Origin: Calcarisporiella thermophila CBS 279.70
Lineage: Eukaryota > Fungi > Calcarisporiellomycota
DNA length: 64,000 nucleotides
Assembly (NCBI RefSeq): GCF_041956535.1
Contig: NW_027192208.1
Coordinates: 444,492 to 508,491 of the forward strand
Reading direction: 5' to 3'
Below the pieces are notes generated by a model. It was not told the DNA's origin. It searched no databases and saw nothing but the letters and a program-made list of their open reading frames with translations. Made by a program: the position numbers and the translations under genes. This document shows, piece by piece, positions 13,811 to 24,617 of the stretch; the first letter of the stretch is position 1; each line of letters starts with the position of its first letter.

Positions 13811-14446
13811 ATGGAACCCAGACAGATTACTATCCGACAGGCCACCCCCAATGATGTGGAGGCTATCGTAGAACTCAACTTTCTTAGCCATCGCGAGGCA
13901 TTCCGGTAATTGCTCATGTAAACCCTTAAGCAATTCTTTTGTCCTCATTTTCTCTGCTATATACTCAGCAATATAGTCCCAGATGAGATTCTGGACCTCC
14001 CGCCTCTTTCCCCGGAGCGAATCGCTTTTCGCTCCCAGCTACTGAGGGATGATAATTTTACCCACGTGCTTGCGATTGACTCCAATGAGCTTGTCGGGTT
14101 TTGCTGTGTTGGCCCATCGGTCGCGTACCCAAACCTAACCGCTGATCCCACAGCCCTCGAGGTGCGTACGCTTTACATACGCGGGTCACACCAAGGCATT
14201 GGCCTTGGTCGTCTCCTTTTTTATGAGGCCGTGGAGCTGACTTTTAAGAAATGTCCTCGCGAGCATTTAATTGTACTGGTATTTGAAGAAAACAGGAATG
14301 CGAGAAAATTCTATGAAAAACTAGGTGGACGGTGCAAACTGTGCATACAGTATTTTTACGAAGGAAGTGAATATCCTTGCTGTGTATATGAATGGAACGG
14401 ATTAAGGGAGTGGCTGCAGAAATGGGGCTTGCAAAAGAAGCACTGA
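13811..14446 (+). CDS. GNAT-family N-acetyltransferase, 2 exons (13811-13905, 13969-14446)
   Basis: MEPRQITIRQATPNDVEAIVEL..., acetyl-CoA motif A QGIGLGRLL, motif B VFEENRNARKFYEKLGG. Confidence 0.88.
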
Positions 14447-14708
14447 GTTAGAATTAACACAGTATGGGTGCTTTATTAAACAATGGAGTTATATATATAT
14501 ATGAATGTATGTATTTAAGTTAAAGGGGAAATCAAAATAGAGGGGACATTTATAGTAAATATATACAGATAACTCACGCTATATGCTAATGTGAAAAATA
14601 TTTTGAGGAAACTATGTGGGAAAAAAAAAGTGGTATGATACAATGAGCAACAAAAAAAGTTTTAGATATTTACAAGGGAGAGAAGGGAGATTGCGTCCCC
14701 TCCATTGC

Positions 14709-15671
14709 TTAGGTAGGGACGGTGGAGTGACGTCGGCGCCCCTTCACATCTCCGACTAATGGAGATTTACCGCACGATTCCTCCTGCCTCCAGTGCCTTC
14801 GGAGAGCATCGCTGCGGGCAAATCCTTTGTGGCAGGCAGGGCATTCATACGGCTTCGCCCCGGTGTGCACACGAATGTGGCGGTGCAAGTCGTGCTTGCG
14901 AGAAAATGAACGGCGGCACATAGGGCAGTCATAGGGACGAGGGCTTGCGTGCAAGCGGATATGGGCCTTCAAACTGTTGTGCCGGGTGAATTGCTTTGTG
15001 CAGCCGGGGTGGGGACAGGGCATGGGCTGCTCGGAGAGTCCACGGGTGGATCCGGAGGAGCAGGAGGAGGAGATGGTGCTGTCAGGAGAGGAGGGGACGG
15101 GCGAAGTAGTGCGGGCGCGCGTATGCCTCTCCTGATGTTCGTCGTCGGATCCAGAGTTGGGGTTATAGAACACAAACTTCATTGGATGAGCTTGCTGTTG
15201 CAGGGGTTGGGATGGCGACTCCTCCATTTGAGGATCTTGAAGCTCCTCACATTTGATCAGCGTCGGGTCAATGGTGGCCACCCAGTTTCCGGCTGGTGAG
15301 GCAGCCGTGAACGACACCGGGGATTCGGAGTCCGCAGTCGATGCGGAGTCGTCGGTCAGCATGGCTAGGTCGAGCTCCGGCAGACCGTTGAGGAGCTCGT
15401 CAGCGGAGGAAAACCCCTCCATTAGCACGTCCGTGTTTAGGATGTCGTCCATGGAGAATTCAGGGGAGAAGGCAGGGACAGCTGTGTTGCTGAGAATCTC
15501 CGCGCACTGATTGAGGAGCTCCGCGTCGATAACGTCTGCATTGGTGGAGGGGAGCGCGTCCATGGGCGGAAGTTTTTCCAGCAGTGTACTGAAGTCCTGG
15601 GCAGACACGGGCTCCTGCCTGAGCTGCAGTTGCTCATCAAACAGGGATGAGGCGAGTGCTACGTCCAACAT
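14709..15671 (-). CDS. C2H2 zinc-finger transcription factor with Crz1-like finger array, single exon
   Basis: Three C-terminal fingers (CPHPGC..H..H; CPMC..HIRVHTGAKPY; CPAC..FARSDALRRH..C); acidic N-terminus and Ser-rich linker; first ATG at 15671. Confidence 0.88.
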   Translation of the reverse strand: MLDVALASSLFDEQLQLRQEPVSAQDFSTLLEKLPPMDALPSTNADVIDAELLNQCAEILSNTAVPAFSPEFSMDDILNTDVLMEGFSSADELLNGLPELDLAMLTDDSASTADSESPVSFTAASPAGNWVATIDPTLIKCEELQDPQMEESPSQPLQQQAHPMKFVFYNPNSGSDDEHQERHTRARTTSPVPSSPDSTISSSCSSGSTRGLSEQPMPCPHPGCTKQFTRHNSLKAHIRLHASPRPYDCPMCRRSFSRKHDLHRHIRVHTGAKPYECPACHKGFARSDALRRHWRQEESCGKSPLVGDVKGRRRHSTVPT

Positions 15672-15756
15672 TTTTGTGAATTTGAATGAGAATTTTTGCA
15701 ATGCGAGGAATGGTTGTATAACTCTACGGTGGAAAACGGCAGCTTCGGTGGGAGTC

Positions 15757-15983
15757 TTTTATATTTCACAAAAGCAATAGAGACGGCGGGGAGGATTGGC
15801 TGAGTGTGAAGAACCATCTAACCCTACTTGGAAGCCCTTTCCAGAGAGTGAATGACGATCTAAAAATTCCCTAGCTCTTTTGCATTAAATCACTCAGACG
15901 TCATTGCCCACGCTCCCATTGGCGGGTGCATTCAAATATAAAAAGATAGCTATCCTCTGCAAACCTTCCCTTGCTTTACGTCA
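15757..15983 (-). promoter_or_regulatory. Promoter of the C2H2 TF: TATA box, CCAAT box and two CRE/ATF-like sites
   Basis: TATAAAA at 15763-15757, CCAAT at 15799-15795, TGACGTCT at 15903-15896, TTACGTCA at 15976-15983. Confidence 0.5.
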
Positions 15984-17646
15984 TAACGCCGTAATCTCCT
16001 CACCCTCTGTGTAACATGTTAGTTTTTCGAAAATCTTCTCCTATATGCTTCGTCGGGGTGCAAACAGGAAAATGCTGAATCTGGAATTGCATCGACAGTT
16101 TAGCGCGCAAATATCGATTAGTCGAAAACATCGATTTTTGCGGCTACTGACGTATTGCCGATAAGCTCCTGTGAACCGCACCACCCAACTCTAGCAAGGG
16201 ACGCGCTGGAGGACAGGTCCACAAACAAGAAGGCTTCGAATAAAATTCGGTGTCGACAACCGGGCCTGCACCAGGCCGGCTGCCATCGTGGAGGGCCCCC
16301 GCCCAAGGGGCCGTGGGGAACTCAAGCGGGCAAGTGGTGGCTTGCGTCACTTTGGCCCTGGAAAGCCCTGCCCGCACCAAGCGCGAGCTTCCTCCGGCGT
16401 GGGCAATCCCGCGAGGGATCGAGCCGCGTTCAATGCCTGCATTGTTCCCCATGGAGCTTTTTGTTCGAGTGGGAGGTTGTGCAAGCGGACATTATCGAAC
16501 ACTTTGGAACAAAATCCCCATGTCGTCTGAGCCGCATTAGGAATAGCCATCGAATCCGCATAAAATAAAACGATTCAAGATCTGGGCGATTGAAACTCCG
16601 GCAAATAGAGTTCAGTGGGAATGGCGTCTTCGGCCAATGCGGTTGCACGAGAGGCCTCCATTTCGATCCTCCCCGGACACTATTCGACATGCGGGGACAA
16701 CTTACATAGCAGCCGCTTTAACGTGCGCAAAGCCGCAGCCCGCCCAAGCCTCCCAGGCACTTGCCGATTCGCGCTCTCACGTTGGATGGAATCGATCGAG
16801 ATCCGCGAGCCAACACCACCATCGTCACACGGCTCTGCTCTCTCCTCAGCAATGCCGTTAGACGCTGCGGATGGAAGGCTTTCGAGGTTTTCGAAGTCCA
16901 TTCACAAGCCGGACTCGGCGCGCTATTGACTGCAGACGGACCCACTTTCCAAACTCATCCGTCACCGTCCCTTCCCCGCACTCTGCAACCACCTGCCTCG
17001 GCGCCTTCTTCCTCGAGAAAACGAGTCGCCACCCACAGATTGTGCTGCTATCCCCAAAACGGAATAGGGCTATCCATGCATATCTGCCTGCCGCATCCTT
17101 CAAATTAGCAGCTTCATATGCCCAGTTTATGGCCTCATGGCCTTCTTAGGTTCTGCTGCGGCAATACAAAAAGCTGGATGCTTTCCCGCTGCGCTAGGCC
17201 CATATTACATCACGGAGGGCACCATGATACATAAGAGTTTATTAACGATTCATTAAATAAAAAAGTGCCATCGAAAGCCATTACTTCATCCCCAACCTTA
17301 CCTGCCATGATGACGCTTTGACCCACCCCCCCGGCTACGCATTAAGTAGGAGGCTGACCCAAGTTCAGACCCTGCAGCGCTGGGTGGGCACTTAAGCACA
17401 TTCTACAAATATGATCAAGCTTGACTCCAGACCTCTTGCCGTCCACTTGACAGGTAGGTCAGAGCGAATCAATCCTTGGCCTTCAATTACGTGCTTCCCA
17501 ATTTCAAATCATAGAATGATATAACGTTGCTGTATTGTTACTCTGTGAATGAAAGTACACCAAGAAACTCCATGTATTAGAATAAATACACAATTATAAG
17601 GTTATATATAAGAGATAATGAAATAAAGAGAGTATCTATTTATACA

Positions 17647-20120
17647 TTATACTAGTGTCTTGAGCACCCCCAAAAACCAAGGGTCGTCGTGGTTATCCTC
17701 CGTCTTCAGGGCGGCACTCTTCCTAATGGAACGCAACTTTGATCCCCGTTTTTCTGTTTGGAAATCCGGGGTGTATTGGAATATAGATATGCTTTTCGGA
17801 TGAGTTGGTGGGTGTGTATCGTAGGAGAATGGAGTAGGAGTCGCTGCAAGAATATCCTCATTCGTAGACGAATTCAATTGACCCGCTGGATCGTGGAAAG
17901 CCGATTCACGCAACCATGGGTTCATTTCACCTTCTGAAGCTTTGACGGGTAGCCCATTAAATATCTCTTCGCGATGTCGAGAGATGAGTTCATGGTGAGC
18001 CTGGAATATCGAAAACGGCATCACTTTGATTCTATCTGTGGAGAGTTGCGACGAATTCACTGTGTGATGGAGAGGGACGATTGCCTTGAAGAGGATGGCA
18101 TGGGAATTGCCGTAGGGTACAATCTCCGGGTGCAACACGGCCTCGGACGCTATCAATGGATCGCCTATTTGCCTTTCGAGTTTCTCAATGGACAGAGAGG
18201 TGGAATAAGCGAACAACACTCGCAGCCGGATCCGGCTTTGGGAGGTGGGGTCACCGGCATTAGCGAATGCGGATTGCAAATAGAGAGTAAGCTGCTGCGA
18301 ATTGCGCAGAATCTTTACTGCGTCACGCATGTTCAGCCCTTGTAAGGTTTGAATCAAAAAGTTCAGCTCGTGAATGGCATCCAGGGCGCGACCACTCTCC
18401 TCAAAATCGGGAGGGAGAATCTCCACCGCCGGCACACACGCCCCGTTTGCAGCGTCAGCTAATATGTGTAGGCCACCGGTAAGCGTGGGCCAAACCACGA
18501 ATGCCCCCACGAACACCCTTCCGGGCAGATACTCCGGCGAAGAGATTCCGTGGGTGATATAGCTATGCATCCCTTGGAATAACTTCATGATGTCTGCGCT
18601 GGGTACGTGTAGCTGAGTTCCGGCAGTGCGTGCTATTATATCGGGAGGCCCGAAACGGAAGCCACGCGATGTAAAATGGTCCGGCCCTGGGCCGCGGGTG
18701 CCCGAGGGTGAGAGGCGACGCACTAGAAACAGCATCTGGCCACGCCCACCGTCTACCAGGCTGAACGCGCTATGTGGATACAGCCCTTTTTCGCCATCCC
18801 ACCACTTGAATCTCCTACCCACAGAGGGCAAAACGCCGGTCGTTATCATTTGATCATGAAGAATCCCGGAATCGCAGAGTTGGATGTCGAGATCTTCAGC
18901 AAGTCGTAGGGCAGTAGCATGAAATCGTTCGAGGAAAACACGATTGCTCTCTTTCATATCCTCCCTCTTTATCTGCGAAAGCTCATACGAGAATGACCGC
19001 CAGCTCCAACTTGTGCGGAAAAGAAACTGGAATACTGGATGAGCCGGCGTGAGTTCGGCTTCCATTCCCTGTTGGTAGAACTCGCTGTCAATGGTTCGCA
19101 TGGGCAGCATACCGTCGTTGGTCACGAGCACTCGTCCGGCATCATCAAAATACACGCAGGAGAGCACGATTTTTTTCACTTGTGATTTGACCTTAAGGGC
19201 ACGACGCTGAGCAACAATTGTAAGTGAGAGTAGCCCTAAGCATACAAGAGTGGCGATTCCCGCGATGCATCCGACTAATACAGAAGGAGACAACGTGGTC
19301 ATGAAGTCTGTGCTGTTATTGACGCCGTTGGTCCAGTAGTGTGTCGCTGACATGCCAACGTAATGCATCCCACACACTGCGATGCCCATGATTAATGCGC
19401 ATCCAAACCTTTTATGCCAGCGGTCCTTCCACTGGGACTCGAGGTAGAAAAATATGATCAGCGCCACACTTAGTGCAGTTATCCCAATAAAAAATGAGGC
19501 AATCACGAGACTTAGTTCGTATCTTATACGATAGTGAATAATAGCAAACTGGCCAACATAATGCTGGAGTGGAAGGAATATACATCAATAACATGTCTTA
19601 AGGCTGTTGGAAGAGAGGTGATGTTTACCATACTGGGAATTCCAAACTATCGGAGAGAGAACGACGCAAGTGATTCGTTAGCTTGAAAAGATACCAAAGA
19701 TACCAAAGAGGATAAGAGTCTATTTACCCCTGCCAATATGCCAACGAGGCCGACTCTTGTCAAGGAAACGCTCTCAGCACTCCCAACAAAATAAAAAGCA
19801 ACCCCAACACACACCACTGCGACGATTAAAGAGGCTACTGTGTAGCCAGGGGCATAGATGAGCTGCACCGTATTGACGCCATCACCCAGGATCAGCGCGT
19901 TGTTCCCTATAAAATGCATCGACCATATTCCACATCCACCCATCGACAGAGAGGCCCCAAAGAGAAGAAGCCAGTTCAAGCTGCCTTGGCGAGCCGTGCG
20001 TCTCTGCAACAGCTCAAGAGTGGTGAAAGAGCCGATAACGGATACGACGTAGGATAGTACCACAATTGCAGGGCGGATGTTCTGCCGCACCTCAATCCAC
20101 TCTTTTGCTGCGTTGCTCAT
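17647..20120 (-). CDS. MHYT-domain integral membrane sensor-like protein with large uncharacterised cytoplasmic C-terminus, 3 exons
   Basis: Three MHYT-type motifs: GIWSMHFIG, GIPSM|HYVG (built using micro-exon 19646-19629), VCGMHYVGM; multiple TM helices. Confidence 0.88.
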
Positions 20121-20733
20121 ATTTCTTCGTCAATATGGTCCTAGCGGAAAACCTTTGAGAAAGAGCATGCAGGAAGGGGAAAAAAAAAGAAAATGAGACG
20201 AGAAAACAAAGATTGCACTCCATATTTCCAGGTATTAATTTGCGAATGAAACTTAATCCGAGCTCTAACATATTTAGATATTATTTTAAAAGATCCTTTT
20301 TAAATAGGGAGTTTTTAAGTTATAATTTGCAGAGAGTGTGTGGGTTTATACATAACATGCCGTAAATATTGGGTGGCAATTTTTACACCCGCTTGGTATT
20401 GAGGATATTTTCACGAAAATTACGGAAAAGGAGATTGTGCAGCGAAATTGAATGTTTGTAAGGCCAATTAGCAAACATGGAAATCGATCTTCTAATTAGA
20501 GCCAAGATTAGGGAAGAGACAAGTAATTTCCAGAATGAGAAGGTCCTTGAGTCATTGACAGACATGATATTAGCGAATTGTGATATTGGATAATAAACAC
20601 TATTTACACACAAGAGTACAAATAAATGACTACTAAAACAGAGCATGTACATGTCGCCTAGTTGTATAAAGGAGACATCCCATTTATATTAATAAATATT
20701 GGAAACGTGCTTAAATTTAAAAAACTTTTGCAA

Positions 20734-21711
20734 TCACTCGATCTTCCTCCAAGGCACGCAAATTGCCGTGGGACACATCGCACAGCGATGGGAGGCTATC
20801 GCACATATTTCATTTTCTTTGCACCTAGGGCATTTTGGAAGGTAATCCGTACACAGCATACAACTCTCGGGTTGACGATGAAGCCCGTCTATCGAGCTAA
20901 CCACCACTTTTGCATTTCGATGCTCTTCCGAAGAATGGTGAGGACCTAGTGCAGGCGGTGAAAACGGTATCATAGGCCTAAATAGAGTTTGCAGAAGTTG
21001 ACGCTTCTCTCTCCTAAATCCTTTCCCCGGGTAAGCCTTCCGTAACAACTCAAGCAGCATCATTCCTCCAGGTGACAGATTGGGTTTGACAGGCCCTTTA
21101 TCCGGAGAGAATTTCGAATCGTCCACACAAAAGCCGACTGAGAATTCATCAATGCTGGGCTCCAAGGGCGGAGGAGGAAGGATGGGACGATGAATATTTG
21201 TTAGATGCTGAGAGTTTGGTTCTAAACATGGGAATACGCCAATATTGATTCTGGAGCTCATTTTAGGCACTTTAGAACCAATGGAGAAATCATGTGAATT
21301 TTCCAAGTTTTCATTTGAAATATCTAAAGATATGAAATATTCATGTAAAGATTTGTATGACTGGCCAGAGCTTCCCAAACTGAACCTACCTTCTGTTTGC
21401 CTTTTGTAGAGGTATTTTTGCAAATTGAGCCCACTTGGTTCCCGATATACATTTTGAACACGTAGACCCTTGATTGGAACGCACATATTCTGCGGACTGG
21501 GTAGCTGCAATTGCAAACATACCTCATACTCCGTACAATCACTGCAGCTAAGACCTAGTTCTCTTCTCCCCGAACCACCCACACACACACACCGAGGTGG
21601 CAACAGCCGCAATTCATATTGTTGCTGATCTCCCGTACAATAACGTTCACACCTTATTGCCGAGATAAAAGGTATAGAAGTAAGAATCAAAAGAAAATTT
21701 AGTTCTCTCAT
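20734..21711 (-). CDS. Secreted Cys-rich protein with C-terminal Opy2-like 8-Cys module
   Basis: 325 aa single ORF, hydrophobic signal peptide, N-terminal Cys cluster, C-terminal CMLCTDYLPKCPRCKENEICAIASHRCAMCPTAIC. Confidence 0.7.
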   Translation of the reverse strand: MRELNFLLILTSIPFISAIRCERYCTGDQQQYELRLLPPRCVCVGGSGRRELGLSCSDCTEYEVCLQLQLPSPQNMCVPIKGLRVQNVYREPSGLNLQKYLYKRQTEGRFSLGSSGQSYKSLHEYFISLDISNENLENSHDFSIGSKVPKMSSRINIGVFPCLEPNSQHLTNIHRPILPPPPLEPSIDEFSVGFCVDDSKFSPDKGPVKPNLSPGGMMLLELLRKAYPGKGFRREKRQLLQTLFRPMIPFSPPALGPHHSSEEHRNAKVVVSSIDGLHRQPESCMLCTDYLPKCPRCKENEICAIASHRCAMCPTAICVPWRKIE

Positions 21712-22062
21712 ATAGATTACTAGGCAAGTTAAATATGAAAGAGCGTGAGAATGAATAGATAAGTGAGAACAGGGATGTCGAAATTATTAACATGGGTTTG
21801 TAATTACTGAATTTGTTCTGAGACCAAACAAACAAAACAGTCTTCAAATTTGGATATAACCTCTTGAAATGTGCTTTTTAAGGATAATAAATAGAGAGCA
21901 TATATTTATAAAATGGATGCAAAACCATTAAAATTATTACAACAAAAGGGAGAAAAAAAAAGGAAGGTAAATATCCATCTGAACGTAATAATAGACAGTA
22001 GGGAGGAAAAAAAACATTATGTTGATATATCAAAGACGAAAGCCTATTTGCCCCGGAAAAGT

Positions 22063-24064
22063 TCAATTTGAAGTTCGTACCAAGTGATTCGGAGAATTAT
22101 GGAAAAGGCTCTTCCACATGTACGCTTCAGATAGCAGCAATGCAACATCTTGCTCTGTCCAGTGTTGCGTCGGCAAGGATTGCAAGAACATCATTACCCC
22201 CTGGAAATCAAGGCGACGTAGTTGTTCGCTCCATTTGACAAGGAACGCAGCACACACATAGAGATGAAAAGTAGCAAACCCATCTGCACCTTCGGAAAAG
22301 TACGCATCCCACAAGCGAATGATATGACAGAGGCGGAATTCACGCATTAATAAACAATTCATCCATCGGAACGCAAATTGGATGAACTCAATGCCTTCCT
22401 CATTAAGATGGTCTGCTAGGGGAGCTAGAAAAGAGAGGAAAGAGAGGAATTAGGAAGATCCACCTAAACCACTCAAAATTTTATATATACCATCAATGCG
22501 GCAGACTAAATCTTTAAGCGTGGCAATCAAACGCTGAATACCGGGCTGGGCAACGGTATAGTTGTCTAGCATAGTGCCGAGCAATCTGGTTAGACACCAG
22601 AAACTATCGGCTTCAACTATGCTTAATATTTCTTGGGGTATTCGGGCTGGATCAGAGACTTCCGGATCGCCCTCTAGAATAGTTCGAACAAATGCATAAG
22701 CTACATTAGGAATAAATGGAGAGAAAGAAAAGATTTACCAATATATGCAGACAAGAACACCTGGAAGAACGGGGTTACCAAATCGTTGATTCCCTGAACA
22801 TATCCACTTGCTGGATGTCGAATAGCCCATACATAAAGGATACGCTCCAAACACTTTAATACAAAATAGAATCATTATCTAGAGATATATCAGAGTAATT
22901 AAGTAAAATCCTACCTCCTGTGTGGCTTTGTATTGATAGAGGGGGATTCCAGGGTTAGTCCGCGGAACATCGATCCGAATCTAGGAAACAGAAGGTAGGA
23001 TATGTTATCAAACAGAGCAAAAAATTTTCTTCATTCATTTCTACCTGTCGCCATATTGCAGGATCTAAACCGGACTGTCCCCGAGAAAAGGCTTGTGCAA
23101 CGCTCTCTTGATACTCTTTGCGTTTTCGAGCAAGCGTAGCAACACGTCTGTCTGCATTGCAAGGAAGATATCCCTTTAGAGGTGAAAATAAATTCAATAT
23201 ATACGCGGCTCGCATTAATTTTTTCTTTTTAATTTGTTACCAGGAGCAATTGCCACACCATAGGACGCAATTCTTCCGGTACTCCATTCCAGCTGAGCCC
23301 ACGTAATGCACCAAGGTCAATATTGGGTGCTTGAAGGATTTCCCTGAATTTATTCAGCCGCAATGTTCGTGCATCGATGCTATGGGTACCATGCTCCCTC
23401 ATATCAGGGAGAATTTTTAAACTGGCCGTTGGATCTATTGTCAATTATTACGAGATATTATAGGTATATTTTACCTACTCCTGAAATCCCTTAATATTAC
23501 GAAAACAAAAATCCGTACCTAGAAGCAAGCCAGCAACCTCTCTCTTAATTCTAACCTCGCCTTCCCTCTCCTCAACCTCGCTCTTTATATCCGATGTTGA
23601 ACATCTTCCTTCCCTCATTTTAGAATTTGAGCCAGTACCAATCACATTGACAGAAGACAGAGTAGATTCTGGTGTTATACCAGATGCCTTAGTATTCACT
23701 TCTACTACTTTATATACTTGCTCAGTTTTTCTCTCTGAACTCTGTACGTCTCCAAAATCAAGGCAATCGTCCCACTCATCGTTCGTCTCGGAAATAAACT
23801 CGGAAAAATTCCGGATGCCGGTCGACATAATACTAGTCCGATTGTTATTACCAGAGATTGCGGAATTGGAGAAAGCCACTGAGGATGCAACGTTGCTTGC
23901 ATGCGAGAATTGGGATCCAACTACAATATTCCCTGATTTTTTGGAGACTTCTCGTTCACTATTTCAAGAAATATATGAATTGCATATCTATTGAGTAAAA
24001 TAACGTTATGAAACGCTTACCTGCCACTATTGTTAGATCGTCTTTTCCAAATTGGTTGGACCAT
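22063..24064 (-). CDS. GYP1: Rab-GAP TBC-domain protein (Gyp1/TBC1D22), about 8 exons
   Basis: SWNGVPEELRPMVWQLL, IRIDVPRTNP, HPASGYVQGINDL, FAFRWMNCLLMRE; probable start MVQPIWKR at 24064. Confidence 0.92.
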
Positions 24065-24617
24065 GGAGGCCTTGGAGCTTTCGGCGAAGATAATAAGACA
24101 TAAATGAATGCTAATTCGGATGTCATTCAATAGGAAAACACATCATACCTTCTTCTTCTTTTTTACGATGTCAGCATGAAATTATCAAGTAGAACACTTG
24201 TAAAATTGAATTGATCTGTCAATTGAATTCAAATTTAGAATAAAAGTCACTGATATGAAAAATAAAGAAGGTGATCTACTTCATAAGTGACTAACCGTCA
24301 ATGATACCATATATATTGCTCGTCACTGAGATGCAGACTAATATGTTAGTGATGAACCCATTCTGCGTTAAAAAGCCAAAATCTGAAAACGGATGTTTCC
24401 ATATTGGAGAAGATTTAATATCAGGCGCAGCAATTTTCAGGAATAAAAACGTATAGTTATTGATAACAGAGAAAATTGCTCTAATAATATACAAGGTCAT
24501 TAGGGAGTTAAATAATGCAAGTAAAAAATGCAAATAAATAAGTAGTGCGAATAGTGTAGAGGAATGAATAGATGAATAGATGAAAATATAGGATTAATGT
24601 ACAAAAAATTGTAGAAG

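Noticed and set aside
16118-17149. Many overlapping 60-137 aa ORFs on both strands
   Set aside because: Expected in GC-rich non-coding DNA; no domain, no consistent splice structure
24111-24148. Possible 5' UTR intron of GYP1
   Set aside because: Only 38 nt, shorter than any supported intron in the window
24349-24385. GTGATGA...CTGA pair; similar pair near 17308-17358
   Set aside because: Too short for a C/D snoRNA and no guide complementarity
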